Positions 25,080-36,500 of a DNA stretch of 64,000 nt are shown here, in pieces (positions within the stretch are counted from its first letter, which is position 1; every line of letters starts with the position of its first letter). Source of the DNA: Macrostomum hystrix (lineage: Eukaryota; Animalia; Platyhelminthes); contig CATNEN010000038.1 in the NCBI GenBank assembly GCA_950097015.1, positions 11,842,001 to 11,906,000 of the forward strand, written 5' to 3'. Made by a program: the position numbers and the translations under genes. The notes beneath the pieces are model-generated. The model made no database searches and was not told the DNA's origin. It saw nothing but the letters and a program-made list of their open reading frames with translations.

Positions 25080-25955
25080 AGTCTCTGCAGTCAATCCTCT
25101 CAGAACCCAAGTCTCTGCAGTCAATCCTCTCAGTTCCCAAGTCTCTGCAGTCAATCCTCTCAGAACCCAAGTCTCTGCAGTCAATCCTCTCAGAACCCAA
25201 GTCTCTGCAGTCAATCCTCTCAGTTCCCAAGTCTCTGCAGTCAATCCTCTCAGAACCCAAGTCTCTGCAGTCAATCCTCTCAGATCCCAAGTCTCTGCAG
25301 TCAATCCTCTCAGAACCCAAGTCTCTGCAGTCAATCCTCTCAGATCCCAAGTCTCTGCAGTCAATCCTCTCAGATCCCAAGTCTCTGCAGTCAATCCTCT
25401 CACTTCCCAAGTCTCTGCAGTCAATCCTCTCAGAACCCAAGTCTCTGCAGTCAATCCTCTCAGTTCCCAAGTCTCTGCAGTCAATCCTCTCAGATCCCAA
25501 ATCTCTGTAGTCAATCCTCTCAGTTCCCAAGTCTCTGCGGTCAATCCTCTCAGATCCCAAGTCTCTGCAGTCAATCCTCTCAGATCCCAAGTCTCTGCAG
25601 TCAATCCTCTCAGATCCCAAGTCTCTGCAGTCAATCCTCTCAGTTCCCAAGTCTCTACAGTCAATCCTCTCAGATCCCAAGTCTCTGCAGTCAATCCTCT
25701 CAGATCCCAAGTCTCTGCAGACAATCCTCTCAGATCCCAAGTCTCTGCAGTCAATCCTCTCAGTTCCCAAGTCTCTGCAGTCAATCCTCTCAGTTCCCAA
25801 GTCTCTACAGTCAATCCTCTCAGATCCCAAGTCTCTGCAGTCAATCCTCTCAGATCCCAAGTCTCTGCAGTCAATCCTCTCAGTTCCCAAGTCTCTGCAG
25901 TCAATCCTCTCAGTTCCCAAGTCTCTGCGGTCAATCCTCTCAGATCCGAATCTCT
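25080..25955. repeat. 30-bp minisatellite (gtctctgcagtcaatcctctcagatcccaa)
   Basis: About 29 copies; produces the spurious 10-aa-periodic ORFs on both strands. Confidence 0.97.
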
Positions 25956-27220
25956 GTAATCCTAAATCCTCATATTTTTTATCCCAAATTGTTTACTGGC
26001 TATGTTTAACCCCTGTTGTGTAGTTTTGTCAGTTTTTTATTCTAACTTCTTTTCAATACACAGGTTGGTGTTCTTTATACTAGTTGTACATAGTGGATTG
26101 AGCGTATTTAATATTTATCATATGGGTACTTGTCAAATTGTGCAATGAATTATGCACTAAGCTATTATATTTTTATCCAACATATTTCTAATCTTATAGG
26201 TGACGAGTCTAGTGGTTTGCTATGTGATGCTCATGTACTATTTCTTCTTTTGATCATGATAACGATTAGTTGATGATTAGCTGTCATTGACAATGCTCTA
26301 CTTTGTTATAGTAGAAAATTAACAAGCGGATCACTTTCGCTGCTATTATTTAGCAAATAATAAAATATTCATGCATTGACTTCAATTGAATTGAATAGAG
26401 TTCAATCTATTAGAATTTACGCACAAATATATGCTAATTTTTTGATCAGCCAAACGCGGTATTTGCTTTCATCAACAATTGAAACTGATTGATTGCGCAG
26501 CAGTTTGAAAATAAGTTTCCTTTTTTTCTAGAATTTTAGTTAAACTCCAGCGATGGAATCCAACACATCACAAGTTGTTACTTTACCAGCAGCCACTTTG
26601 TAGTAACTCACAGAATACACACAACTAGTATATTTGTACGAAGTTTATAATCCCATTTGTAGGAATTGGTTATAGTCTGGCTGGGTGGAGTGGCTAGTAG
26701 TGTTAGTGGTTAGTGGAGTCCATGGAAGGGATGGGTAGGGTCTATGGGCGGGTAGAACCTTGTGGCTGTTGGGTGTAAGGGTTGGTGGTATGCTGGATGT
26801 GGGGCACTGGCATCAGAGTGGCGGGGTCAGCCAGTGACGGAATGTGGTTGTGCAGTCAGAGGACTGGGTCCTTGGAGACTGTAGTGGGTTTTAGGGCTGT
26901 CGGTGTCGATTTCAGAATAGGCAACGATGGTAGGGTTGATGTCAATGAAGTCATCAGGAAAGCGAATAAGTAGTACTTTTTATAGTAAGACAATTAAAAA
27001 AACCAAAAAAAAACTTTTGAATTCGACTACAATGAGTACTATTTGGCACCATAAGGAATTGTGTTTAAGATTGCAGAATTCAAGAAGAATTGGGTTCGCA
27101 AGTTTAGCTTCCGAATGACTCAGATCAACGTGGCGTCAGTCCACGCCATGGCCAACCCCAAAAGGCACAATGATAGATAGATAGTAGATAGATAGACTTA
27201 AGCATTATGCATGGCTATTG

Positions 27221-29373
27221 TTAGACCATCGCTATGATGAGCAGGTCCATGACATTCGTGCCAGTCAGACCCGGCCGAAACAGCGCCTCGGCCTCGGCTG
27301 CCCTGGCCTTGCTCAGCAGCGAGTGTGAGTCGAAGCTGGCCAGTGCGTGGCGGCACCGAGCTTCGCCGAGCTCGGCAACAGCGCGTCGCCAAGTGTCGGC
27401 GTCGACCAGTCCGCCGGCTGATTCAGTCGGGCCGTCGATTCCATCGGTGCCAGCGGCCAGAACAGTCGGTCGCCATCGGCTTGTCGACGGCCAACTACTG
27501 AGTCGTTCGGCCAGCAGCAGCGCCAAGTGGCCGGCGCGCCCGCCAACGCCGACGGCTCCAGAAGCGCCGGTTGTGTCCACCGTCGGCTCGCCACCGGCCA
27601 GTATGGAGATCCCGCCGACGTCAGGTCCGGCGACGCTCCAAACGTTAACTGCTGCTCTGAGCTTCGTAGCATCTTCGTCAGTCAAGCCGCTGATGTCGGA
27701 CAGGTCAGGATCAACGCCTTCGCTATTCATCAGCCGGCAGAGCGCAACCAGCCAGTTGTGGACTCGCTCGGCTACAATGCTCACATCGCCAATTAGCTCC
27801 GTAGTCATGACAACGGCCGATGAAAACCTTATTGGAGACGAAGGCGAGAGCAGACTCTGTTTGGCCGCTTCTAGGGCTGTCCGATTGTTGCCTACGATAA
27901 AGTTCACTTCAGCCTTCTCATCTGGCTTCGTGTCAGCCTCGTTGACTGTTTCATCGCTAAGCAAAAGCTGAAGCGCAGTCGGTGGCAGCCTATTGTCGAC
28001 GCCCCTGAGCCGCATTTTAGACAGCACCGCCTTCAGCGCCTCGTCAGTAGCTGCGGAGTTTTTCGATAAAACCGTCGGTCCACTCGCGATGAATTCCAGT
28101 GGATCGCCAACAACGTCGGATAGGACGAGACCGACCAGCTGGCAGCCGCGCTCACGGCAACGCGAAGCCAAACCACCACCTTTGACAGCATCCAATCGTC
28201 GTCGGACAGCGTTGAGCTCCGCGATAGAGAAGCCCGCGGTGGACAGCAGGCGGATGGAGGCTCGATAGTCTAGCAGCGGCAGGCGCGGCCAAGCCAGAAG
28301 GGCGCTGCCGCCTCCCGTCACCAGGGCGATTAGCAGGTCGTCAGGGCCGAGACTATCGACTAGGCTGGCTGCGGCCCGGCTTCCATTCAGCACTGTCTCG
28401 TCTGGCAGGTTGTCGCGCGGACCGTCGAAAACCTGGCTTGGAGGTTAGTTTAGAATATCGATTATTTTTAGGGGGCTGCTGGAGGCGGTTGAGTGGCAGA
28501 TCAGGCTAACGCGGAAGTGACTGCTCGATTTCGAATCGAGGCCACATACATGCTTGGGAGATCGCCTTTATGGGCCAACCTGTCTAAGACACACTGAGAG
28601 TGTACACTGGCTGACGATAAGAAAGTCATGGCAGATGTACACACCTGTGTGTGCGAGTGCCTGCGTTAGGTTCGTGTGTGCTCAGGAGTCAGCGAAATGG
28701 GCAGAATTGCGTCCTCGCTGACTGCGGTTCTAGTGTCACCAATTCAAGTGCCATGGCCTGCAGCCCTCCTGCAATTATCAATATTATTAGGGGACTTGCT
28801 TGACCACAGTCAAACTACAGCCAGCGTATTATTGTCATTTACCATAAGGATGACTATTTACCATTGACTCCCAAACACACACACACACGTTCACCAGCGG
28901 GTTCGGAAATCACTGAACTAAATAAAAAGGCCATGCAGAAATTGAATTATGTCATGTTGGAATCGCACCTGGATTCGCTCAGCCACATCGACAGGCAGGT
29001 CGGCCAGTTGAAAGCCGAGTCCTGCGCGCCTCTCCGCCGGTGTCGGCGCCGGAGCCAGCACGACGCCGCCGCCAAAGCGCCGTCCGAGGCGCGCCAGAGG
29101 CAGGCCGCGCGCCATGCCACCGGCAGCTTTGCCAAAGGCTACGAAGCTGATCTGGCCGGCGACGTGAAACTCTCGACACTCATGACTGTTGCTAGCGACG
29201 CCAGCGAAGCTGCTGCGGATGCGCAGATTCAGCGGCGACTGTCTCGACCCGCTGTCGAATCCGTTCAACAACTCGAAGCATCGACGAGACAGCGACTCCG
29301 GATTGACGGCCGCAACTCCGGCGGCGAATGCGCCGCGAAGTTGATCGCCTACACTCGGGTAAGTCGACGACAT
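27221..29373 (-). CDS. GLYCTK: Glycerate kinase (MOFRL family)
   Basis: Exons 29373-28969 (AFGKAAGGMA) and 28432-27221 (NLPDE, LVTGGGSAL, ELNAVRR, VKGGGLA, SDVVGDPLEFIASGPTV, GGEPTV, AGTDGIDGPT, TGTNVMDL). Phase-0 intron; 538 aa. Confidence 0.93.
28481..28790 (+). mobile_element. tRNA-derived SINE, family A (diverged)
   Basis: Shared body TCAGGAGTCAGYGAAATGGGCAGAATTG...CAGCCCTCCTGCAATT, located in the GLYCTK intron. Confidence 0.8.
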
Positions 29374-29484
29374 GCGCGACAGGTGTGCAAAACTGATGAC
29401 GATTCTGCTGCCACTGCTGCAGCCAATTTTTACAGTTGCACCTGCAAGCTTTCGATTTACCTCTCTGGTCTTAGAGGGCAGAGT

Positions 29485-30250
29485 GGAGTGACAGTAATCT
29501 GATGGGATCTGACCGGGGAGTGACTGTAATCTGATGGGATCTGACATGGGAGTTACTTTAAACTGATGGGATCTGACAGGGGAGGGACTGTAATCTGATG
29601 GGATCTGACAGGGGAGTGGCTGTAATCTGATGGGATCTGACATGGGAGTGGCTGTAATCTGATGGGATCTGACATGGGAGTTACTTTAAACTGATGGGAT
29701 CTGACAGGGGAGTGGCTGTAATCTGATGGGATCTGACAGGGGAGTGGCTGTAATCTGATGGTATCTAACAGGGGAGTGACTGTAATCTGATGGGATCTGA
29801 CATGGGAGTTACTTTAAACTGATGGGATCTGACAGGGGAGTGACTGTAATCTGATGGGATCTGACAGGGGAGTGGCTGTAATCTGATGGTATCTAACAGG
29901 GGAGTGACTGTAATCTGATGGAATCTGACAGGGGAGTGGCTGTAATCTGATGGGATCTGACTGGGGAGTGACTGTAATCTGATGGGATCTGACAGGGGAG
30001 TGGCTGTAATCTGATGGGATCTGACAGGGGAGTGGCTGTAGTCTGATGGTATCTAACAGGGGAGTGACTGTAATCTGATGGGATCTGACATGGGGGTTAC
30101 TTTTAACTGATGGGATCTGACAGGGGAGTGGCTGTAATCTGATGGGATCTGACAGGGGAGTGGCTGTAATCTGATGGGATCTGACTGGGGAGTGACTGTA
30201 ATCTGATGGGATCTGACAGGGGAGTGACTGTAATCTGATGGTATTTGACA
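29485..30250. repeat. 32-bp minisatellite (ctgtaatctgatgggatctgacaggggagtgr)
   Basis: About 24 copies between the GMF 3' end and the GLYCTK 5' acceptor. Confidence 0.96.
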
Positions 30251-30752
30251 AAAAAAGATTTTTATTTATATCTGGCTGGTATTATTGAAACATAAATAAA
30301 TTATAAATCCGATAAAATTTTAAATACAGTATCAAAAAATTATTGTTTATTCGCTTATAACTGAAGTTTAAAGATAATCGAAAAATTTCAAATAAGTGTA
30401 TTTTGTTGATTTTATGAAACTTGATTAAAATTGAAAATATTCATTTGATAGAACTATGATAAGATCAGATAGAAAGGCTGATTGTTAAAGACAAAATATT
30501 TTATGAGTACTTTTAATAAAAAAAAAGTAGCTCAATACAATGGCATGCAAAAATGACAAAACAGATGGTAATCTGAACCGTATCTTAAAACGGTTAATTT
30601 TATACGAGCTATTAATAATCATGCACAGAATATATACTATTTTTAACAATTCAATCAATTAAATTATAGATAATGCGGGCTTCAGTCGGGGCACTTTACT
30701 TGCTCTGATAGAGTTATCTCTATCAGGGTTTAGCTTTGGTATTCAGTCACGG

Positions 30753-30905
30753 AATCACCCACCTCCCTCCATAGAGGGGTTAAAGCGCAGCATGCAATCA
30801 CCCACCTCACTCCATAGAGGGGTTGAGGCGCAGCATGCGATCACCCACCTCACTCCATAGAGGGGTTGAGGCGCAGCATGCGATCACCCATATCACTCCA
30901 TAGAA
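30753..30905. repeat. 43-bp tandem repeat, about 3.5 copies
   Basis: atcacccacctcactccatagaggggttgaggcgcagcatgcg. Confidence 0.8.
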
Positions 30906-31171
30906 GGATTAAGCAAAGTTAGCCAAAGTGAAAGGCCTAGCGATTGCGTTTGCAGCATAAAAAATTAACTAGGAATTAACTATAGTAATAACTTATTAAA
31001 AAAAAGTCATGCAACTTTTTTTTGAAGTGGAAAAATTAAGTATAAATAGAAAATACAGCAGACTATAGCTCATGAAGAACTTTAGCACATTTTTTCCAAT
31101 TGAATAGAAACGAAGCACATTTTTGTTATCTAAAGCGGAAAGTTAATTTAAGAAATCGTGTCTACAGCTTC

Positions 31172-31612
31172 TCATTTATAAAATTCCAACTTCTGCTGCA
31201 GCCACTCTTCATCCAATTCCTCAGTGCTGCGAATCTCGAACACTTTGGTTAGCTGCACTACTTCAATGACAGTTTTGATAGTGCCAGTGTACAGAACCTG
31301 CAGCTCTGGGTTGCTATCACGAGGAGTGCTGAATATGAAGAGAAGTGGATACGTGACCCTGCCATCTGGGTAGGAGTGAACATAGCTCAGCAGCAGGTAA
31401 CGCGGCTGGTGCTCCGATAGCTCCTCCACGATCTCTTCAATGCTGCAGTCCTGCATTTCGTTTTCAATGCAAACTTCCATTTTTTCGCGATCTATTTTTA
31501 GAACAATGGCGGCAACATTTTTTTCTTTTCGTAGGCGAAATTTTCTCAGCTTCTGCTGCAGCTCCTCGGATATGCTGCACATGTAGCCACTGGATGCACC
31601 ACTCTTGCCCGC
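31172..31612 (-). CDS. GMF: Glia maturation factor (ADF-H domain)
   Basis: KLRKFRLRKEKNVAAIVLKID, QPRYLLLSY, DGRVTYPL and TKVFEIRSTEELDEEWL. The frame is open from an acceptor ttccag| at 31612; the first in-frame ATG is at 31582. Confidence 0.93.
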   Translation of the reverse strand, partial: AGKSGASSGYMCSISEELQQKLRKFRLRKEKNVAAIVLKIDREKMEVCIENEMQDCSIEEIVEELSEHQPRYLLLSYVHSYPDGRVTYPLLFIFSTPRDSNPELQVLYTGTIKTVIEVVQLTKVFEIRSTEELDEEWLQQKLEFYK

Positions 31613-33500
31613 CTGGAAGCAGTTCAGGTGGTCGACAGTTCGAATCCTGCTTATAGTCCAAAGATAATTAAATTATATTAATTTTAATATAGCTGTGGTG
31701 CCACTGGCACAGCAACGTTATACAAGCCACAATACTAAAGCTTTTCTCTAACTATTCAATATATGCTCATTTAAATTACAATAAAATTGTGTTTGTTTTG
31801 AAAGATGTTTTACTTAAATACTAAAGTAGAGAAAATCATTATGCCTTGTTGTTGTTAGCTAAAACAAATTATATTAGGCTCAAGAAATATAGCAGAATGT
31901 GTTTTAGAATTAATTTACTTTTTATTTAAAAGAAAACTTTAAAAGTTAATGTGTAACACTAGGCTAAAAAAGCAAATAATAAAATATGAAGTTGAAATAT
32001 AAAGATAAATGTTATACATAAATAGGAAAATTATAATCAGAGATTTGAGACATATTTATATTCATAATGATGATAGCTAGATATAAGATATTTCAGAGAT
32101 AAATAAATTTAAGGAAACTTACAATATGTGAATAACTATTTAGTTATACATCAGAGAAATATGAGTGCTAAACTTAGATTTAAGGAACACCAGATTGACT
32201 GTAATACTTTCAGCTAATCAGTTGCCATGCCATGCCCACAGCGACCACTTGTACAAAAAATACCACAATCTCATAAAGTAAGAATTTACAATAATTTTAT
32301 TATAATATAGACTGAGGATACTATATAGAATCCCAAAAACTAAAAAAGCAGCAGCAGAATGGTTTGCTATTATTAATATTATTTATTTATTTGCTAATAG
32401 ATTTAAAAATTTATCTAATTAATCTAAAACCAACTATAGCTACATAGCTACACTTATTTGAATGAGAACAAACAATAATTAGCTAACTATCAACTCTAGT
32501 AAGAAAGAATACTATTAATTATCTTAGCCTTTGTCTTACTAAAAATAATTTAAATCCACGAAGCTCAGTTAGCTAGTTTTTTTGTGTTGTGACAACCTCA
32601 CCAAAACAATACAACACGTAAACGAACAGGAAAGCTAACCACAGCTAGAGGCGCTTCCTTAGGCACAGGGAATATTGTTAACCGAAATTGATCGGGTCGA
32701 TAACTTTAAGTTAATTACAACACATCGTTGCTGCTGCGTGTTTTGCCAAATAATTTGAATAGGCAAGTTTTATGAGTTAAAACAACCTCCTAGAAAAAAG
32801 CAGTTATAAAGCTACCTCAGCTCAAAATTATAAACACTCTCAGTTTCTAAGAAAATGGGCTACTTTAAACTGATAACGATGTAACCATTTAAACAAGTGA
32901 CAAACGTGTTTCTCAAGTTTCACAGAAATAAATAGTTTTGCTTCTGATTCTAGCTCATTTAGTTACTTGAGATGTTATATTTAAAACTAAAGAGTATTGG
33001 TAGAAAACTAAGTTTAAATAGCAAAACGCTGCTCGTTGCGTGACGCCTGTATTTGTGCGGAAAACGACTAGTACTACATCTATTAATTGTGACTGATAGT
33101 CTTTTTGGGATCTAGAAATACATCTTATATTGACATAGCTTAATTAAGCGTATATTTTCTACAGATTTCCATTGACAAAGCTTGTTTTTGTTATTCGTAT
33201 AGTACTTATATTTTAGCAGAAACAGCTCAATCATAATAGCTAGCTTTATAAATATAAATTTAAAGCCGATTTAGACCCGCTGTTATCACTTTTATTTGAG
33301 CCTAATTATCTTCGTTTTTCGTGTTTTGTAGAACTAGAGTAGATTTTCTCCTAAATTTAAATTTAAACATTTGTGGCTACTAGTCTGCCTGAATTTCGCT
33401 AGCTTAACCTTCTAAATCTAAACTTGTTTTTCAACTGTGTGTTTAGCTAGGCCCCCCTATTCGAGTTGAAGTTTACAAATTTGATACCTAAGTTCGCAGC

Positions 33501-36500
33501 ATGAGTATAGTCAACGTTTTAGAGAACACATTATCTCAAGGTAAGCTGCTCTACTTAAATTTGATTTTCTCTTTCACTAATAGGCCTAAAAGTCATGGTC
33601 AGCTAAGCTAGTCCTTGTACCCATCTATGTCCAAGGAATCTAATTTGGGTCCTTGCCTAGCTATAGTATTACCCTATTTTGTTATCAACACATTTTATCC
33701 TGTAGTAGGCCTAGGCCTACTACAACTTTTATCATAAATACACTTCTTGTAGGGCCATAACATTCTGAAACATAAATGTTTTAGAATAATATGTTCTGAC
33801 AGTTCTCATCCTTTTTCAAAATAGTCATTTTGTCTGCTAAGTTTATTTATATGTTATATATATTGTCATTATACTAAATAGATATAAAATTTGAAGATAA
33901 GATAAGCAGATTGGATCTACAAGTTTTAGATATGTTGAAACTTTACTATTGCTATTACTATTTACTATGCTTTTCTATTCTTTTGATCTAATAGCTTGCT
34001 ATATTTTCTGAAATTAGAACCATTTTTTATTATCAAGGTGAATATGCACAATTATTAAATTTAGTTTGCAAATGGTTCCAATTAAGCTGAAACAAGAAGC
34101 CTTGCAAAAGAGTTTTAATAGCAGCATACAGATAGTATCATAAGTATAATTTTAAAAAGTTTACCTATGTAATAATCTACTCGGGTGTGTCATAAGTAAT
34201 GTCACTGAGGGTAAAACAGACCAACTAACAATCGCAGATGAACGAAACTGTATCAATCAACAGCATAGTGTCCCCCAATATCAATCACCCTCTGGCAGTG
34301 CTGGTACAGCTTCTCTACCTTAGCCTGCAGGTGTTTTTTCTTCCAGCTGTCGGAACCAGTGCAACGCGGCTTCTTTGACCTCATCATGGTTTGCGAAACT
34401 TCTCTGGGAAAAGTCTGCCTTCAGCCATTTAAAGAGAAACCTGTCGCACAAGTTGAAGTCTGGGCTGTAGGGACTCTGCCAGAGCAGATTTACTTGCCGT
34501 CCAGCCAGAAAATCCAAAACAGCCTGACAGGTGTGGGGCCGTGCATTGTCCATCTGCCACAGAACTTCGTTCAGGTGAATCGGGTTTGACCGGAGCGTGC
34601 GCCAGAGGTTCCCAGTGTGTCGGACAAAGTCGATGAAGTACTGGCCATCAACCTTGGTGTTTGGCGGAGTTGTACAGATGGAGACTCGTTTGTTTGGCGT
34701 GAATGCCACCAGCATGTCTGAGATGGACCTCCTGGTCACAGTCAGCCTGGAGTCCCCAGCTCCCAGCCAGCAGCGATTGTCTGCCTTGCTGCTTTTGCCA
34801 TCCAGGTGGAGCCAGGTCTCATCCTCAACAACCAGGCAGTTTAGGATGTCATCCAAGCCCCGGCTGCTGAACACCTTGCGGATCTGATTGGCGCAGTTCA
34901 CACGGGCCTGATGTTGGTCCGCAGTGAGGTCATGGGGCACCCAGACCGAGCAGACGTTTCGGAGATGGAGATCCTCTGTCAAGATGCGATGGACTGTCTT
35001 GAAATCAATCTCCAAGCAGTCCGCTAGCTCCCTGACAGTCTGCCGCGGGTCTTCCTTGACCAGATCGCTGATGACTTCGATGTTCTCTATTGTCCTGGTT
35101 GAACATGGTCGTCCAGATCTGGCGGCATCTCCCAATTCGAACCCAGGATCAGTAAAGTTCTGAAACCACCTGTAAATTGTCCTGCGAGTTGGGCAGTTGT
35201 CTAGCAGTGTGTTCCGGAGATCCTCCTCTACTTCAAGTGCAGATTTTCCAAGCTTGAAGCGAATGAAAGCGTAGAACTGGATGTGCGTCTTGTCGTGATT
35301 CATGTTGAGTTTTGCTCATTGCAAAAAGAGGATTTCATCGCGTTGCGCTTGCTAAATCTGATTAACAAATTCTTGCGACAGTTTTGGCCATAGACATTAA
35401 AATTGCTGCTCAGGTGTGGTGGCAACTTCTCAATAAATGTACTTTCAGAATATAATATATTTGGATGATTATTGCTTTGGGTTCCCGCACAACAACCACA
35501 GTGACATTACTTATGACACACCCGTAGTATATGAGATATTTACACTTTGTCTTTCCATTTATTAATTTATAGAATAGTGCAGTGTATATATTAAGCAATT
35601 AAAAAACGAGTTAAAATAAAAATGAAAATTTTGCTGTCATTGCTAGTTTGGGGAACTTAAAATTCTAAATTTCAATCTATTGTAATAATAGGAAAACTTG
35701 GTACTCTTAGTAGTAATATATCAATAAAACTATAGAGTTTTAAATTCAGCACAAAAATAATGTATATTTTCTTTTAAGTTAAATTAATTTTTTACTATAA
35801 AGATGGAAATTTAGCTAGTTTTATGATTTTATTTGAAAATAAACTTTAATTGTGTTTTGGTTGCAAAGTTCTGTTTATTAAATTATGCTCTACAACATAT
35901 AAACTGCTATTATACTTTCTTGCGATGATTTTCATTTTAGACAAGGCGCAGCGTGAGACTGCATTAACATTTCTTCAGGATGCTGCTAATCAAAACTTGG
36001 TAAGCTGAATTTTTCACAAAAATGAAGAATGTGCAACAACAATCAAAGATGACATGCTATTTTCTTTGGATGTAAACATTTATTTGTGCATATTGCAACA
36101 TATTTTTGTTTGTTTAGGTGCAATTCCTGCGGCAACTGTCAGAAATCTTGCGCGATGTCAACAATGCGACTTTTGTGCGCATGCAGGCCGGCTTGCAGCT
36201 TAAGAATCAGCTCTATTCTAAGAATAACATTATCAAGCTGCAGCTCAGCAGTCGCTGGTTAATGATTCCTGAGGCCGATAGGAACTACATTAAAGATAAT
36301 GTGAGCTAACCAGTATTGTGTGCACTTTTATTGGGACTCAAAGCTAGAACCACAGTTAAGAGTAGAATCTAGCACCGCAGTTGAGAATTGAAGCTAGGAC
36401 TACAGTTGAGAATCGAAGCTAGGACTTCACTACTGTTAAGAATTGAAGCTAGGACCACAGTTGAGAATCGAAGCTAGGACTTCACTACTGTTAAGAATTG

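Noticed and set aside
24927-26009. Long repetitive ORFs (SLCSQSSQIP)n, and similar ones at 36.4-38, 41.2, 43.1-44.7 and 45.8-46.3 kb
   Set aside because: They are by-products of stop-free minisatellite units. They are open in several frames or strands and lie in introns or 3' regions bounded by canonical splice sites of conserved genes.
26640-26965. G/T-rich segment, possibly a retroelement fragment
   Set aside because: No diagnostic motif, termini or TSD could be identified.
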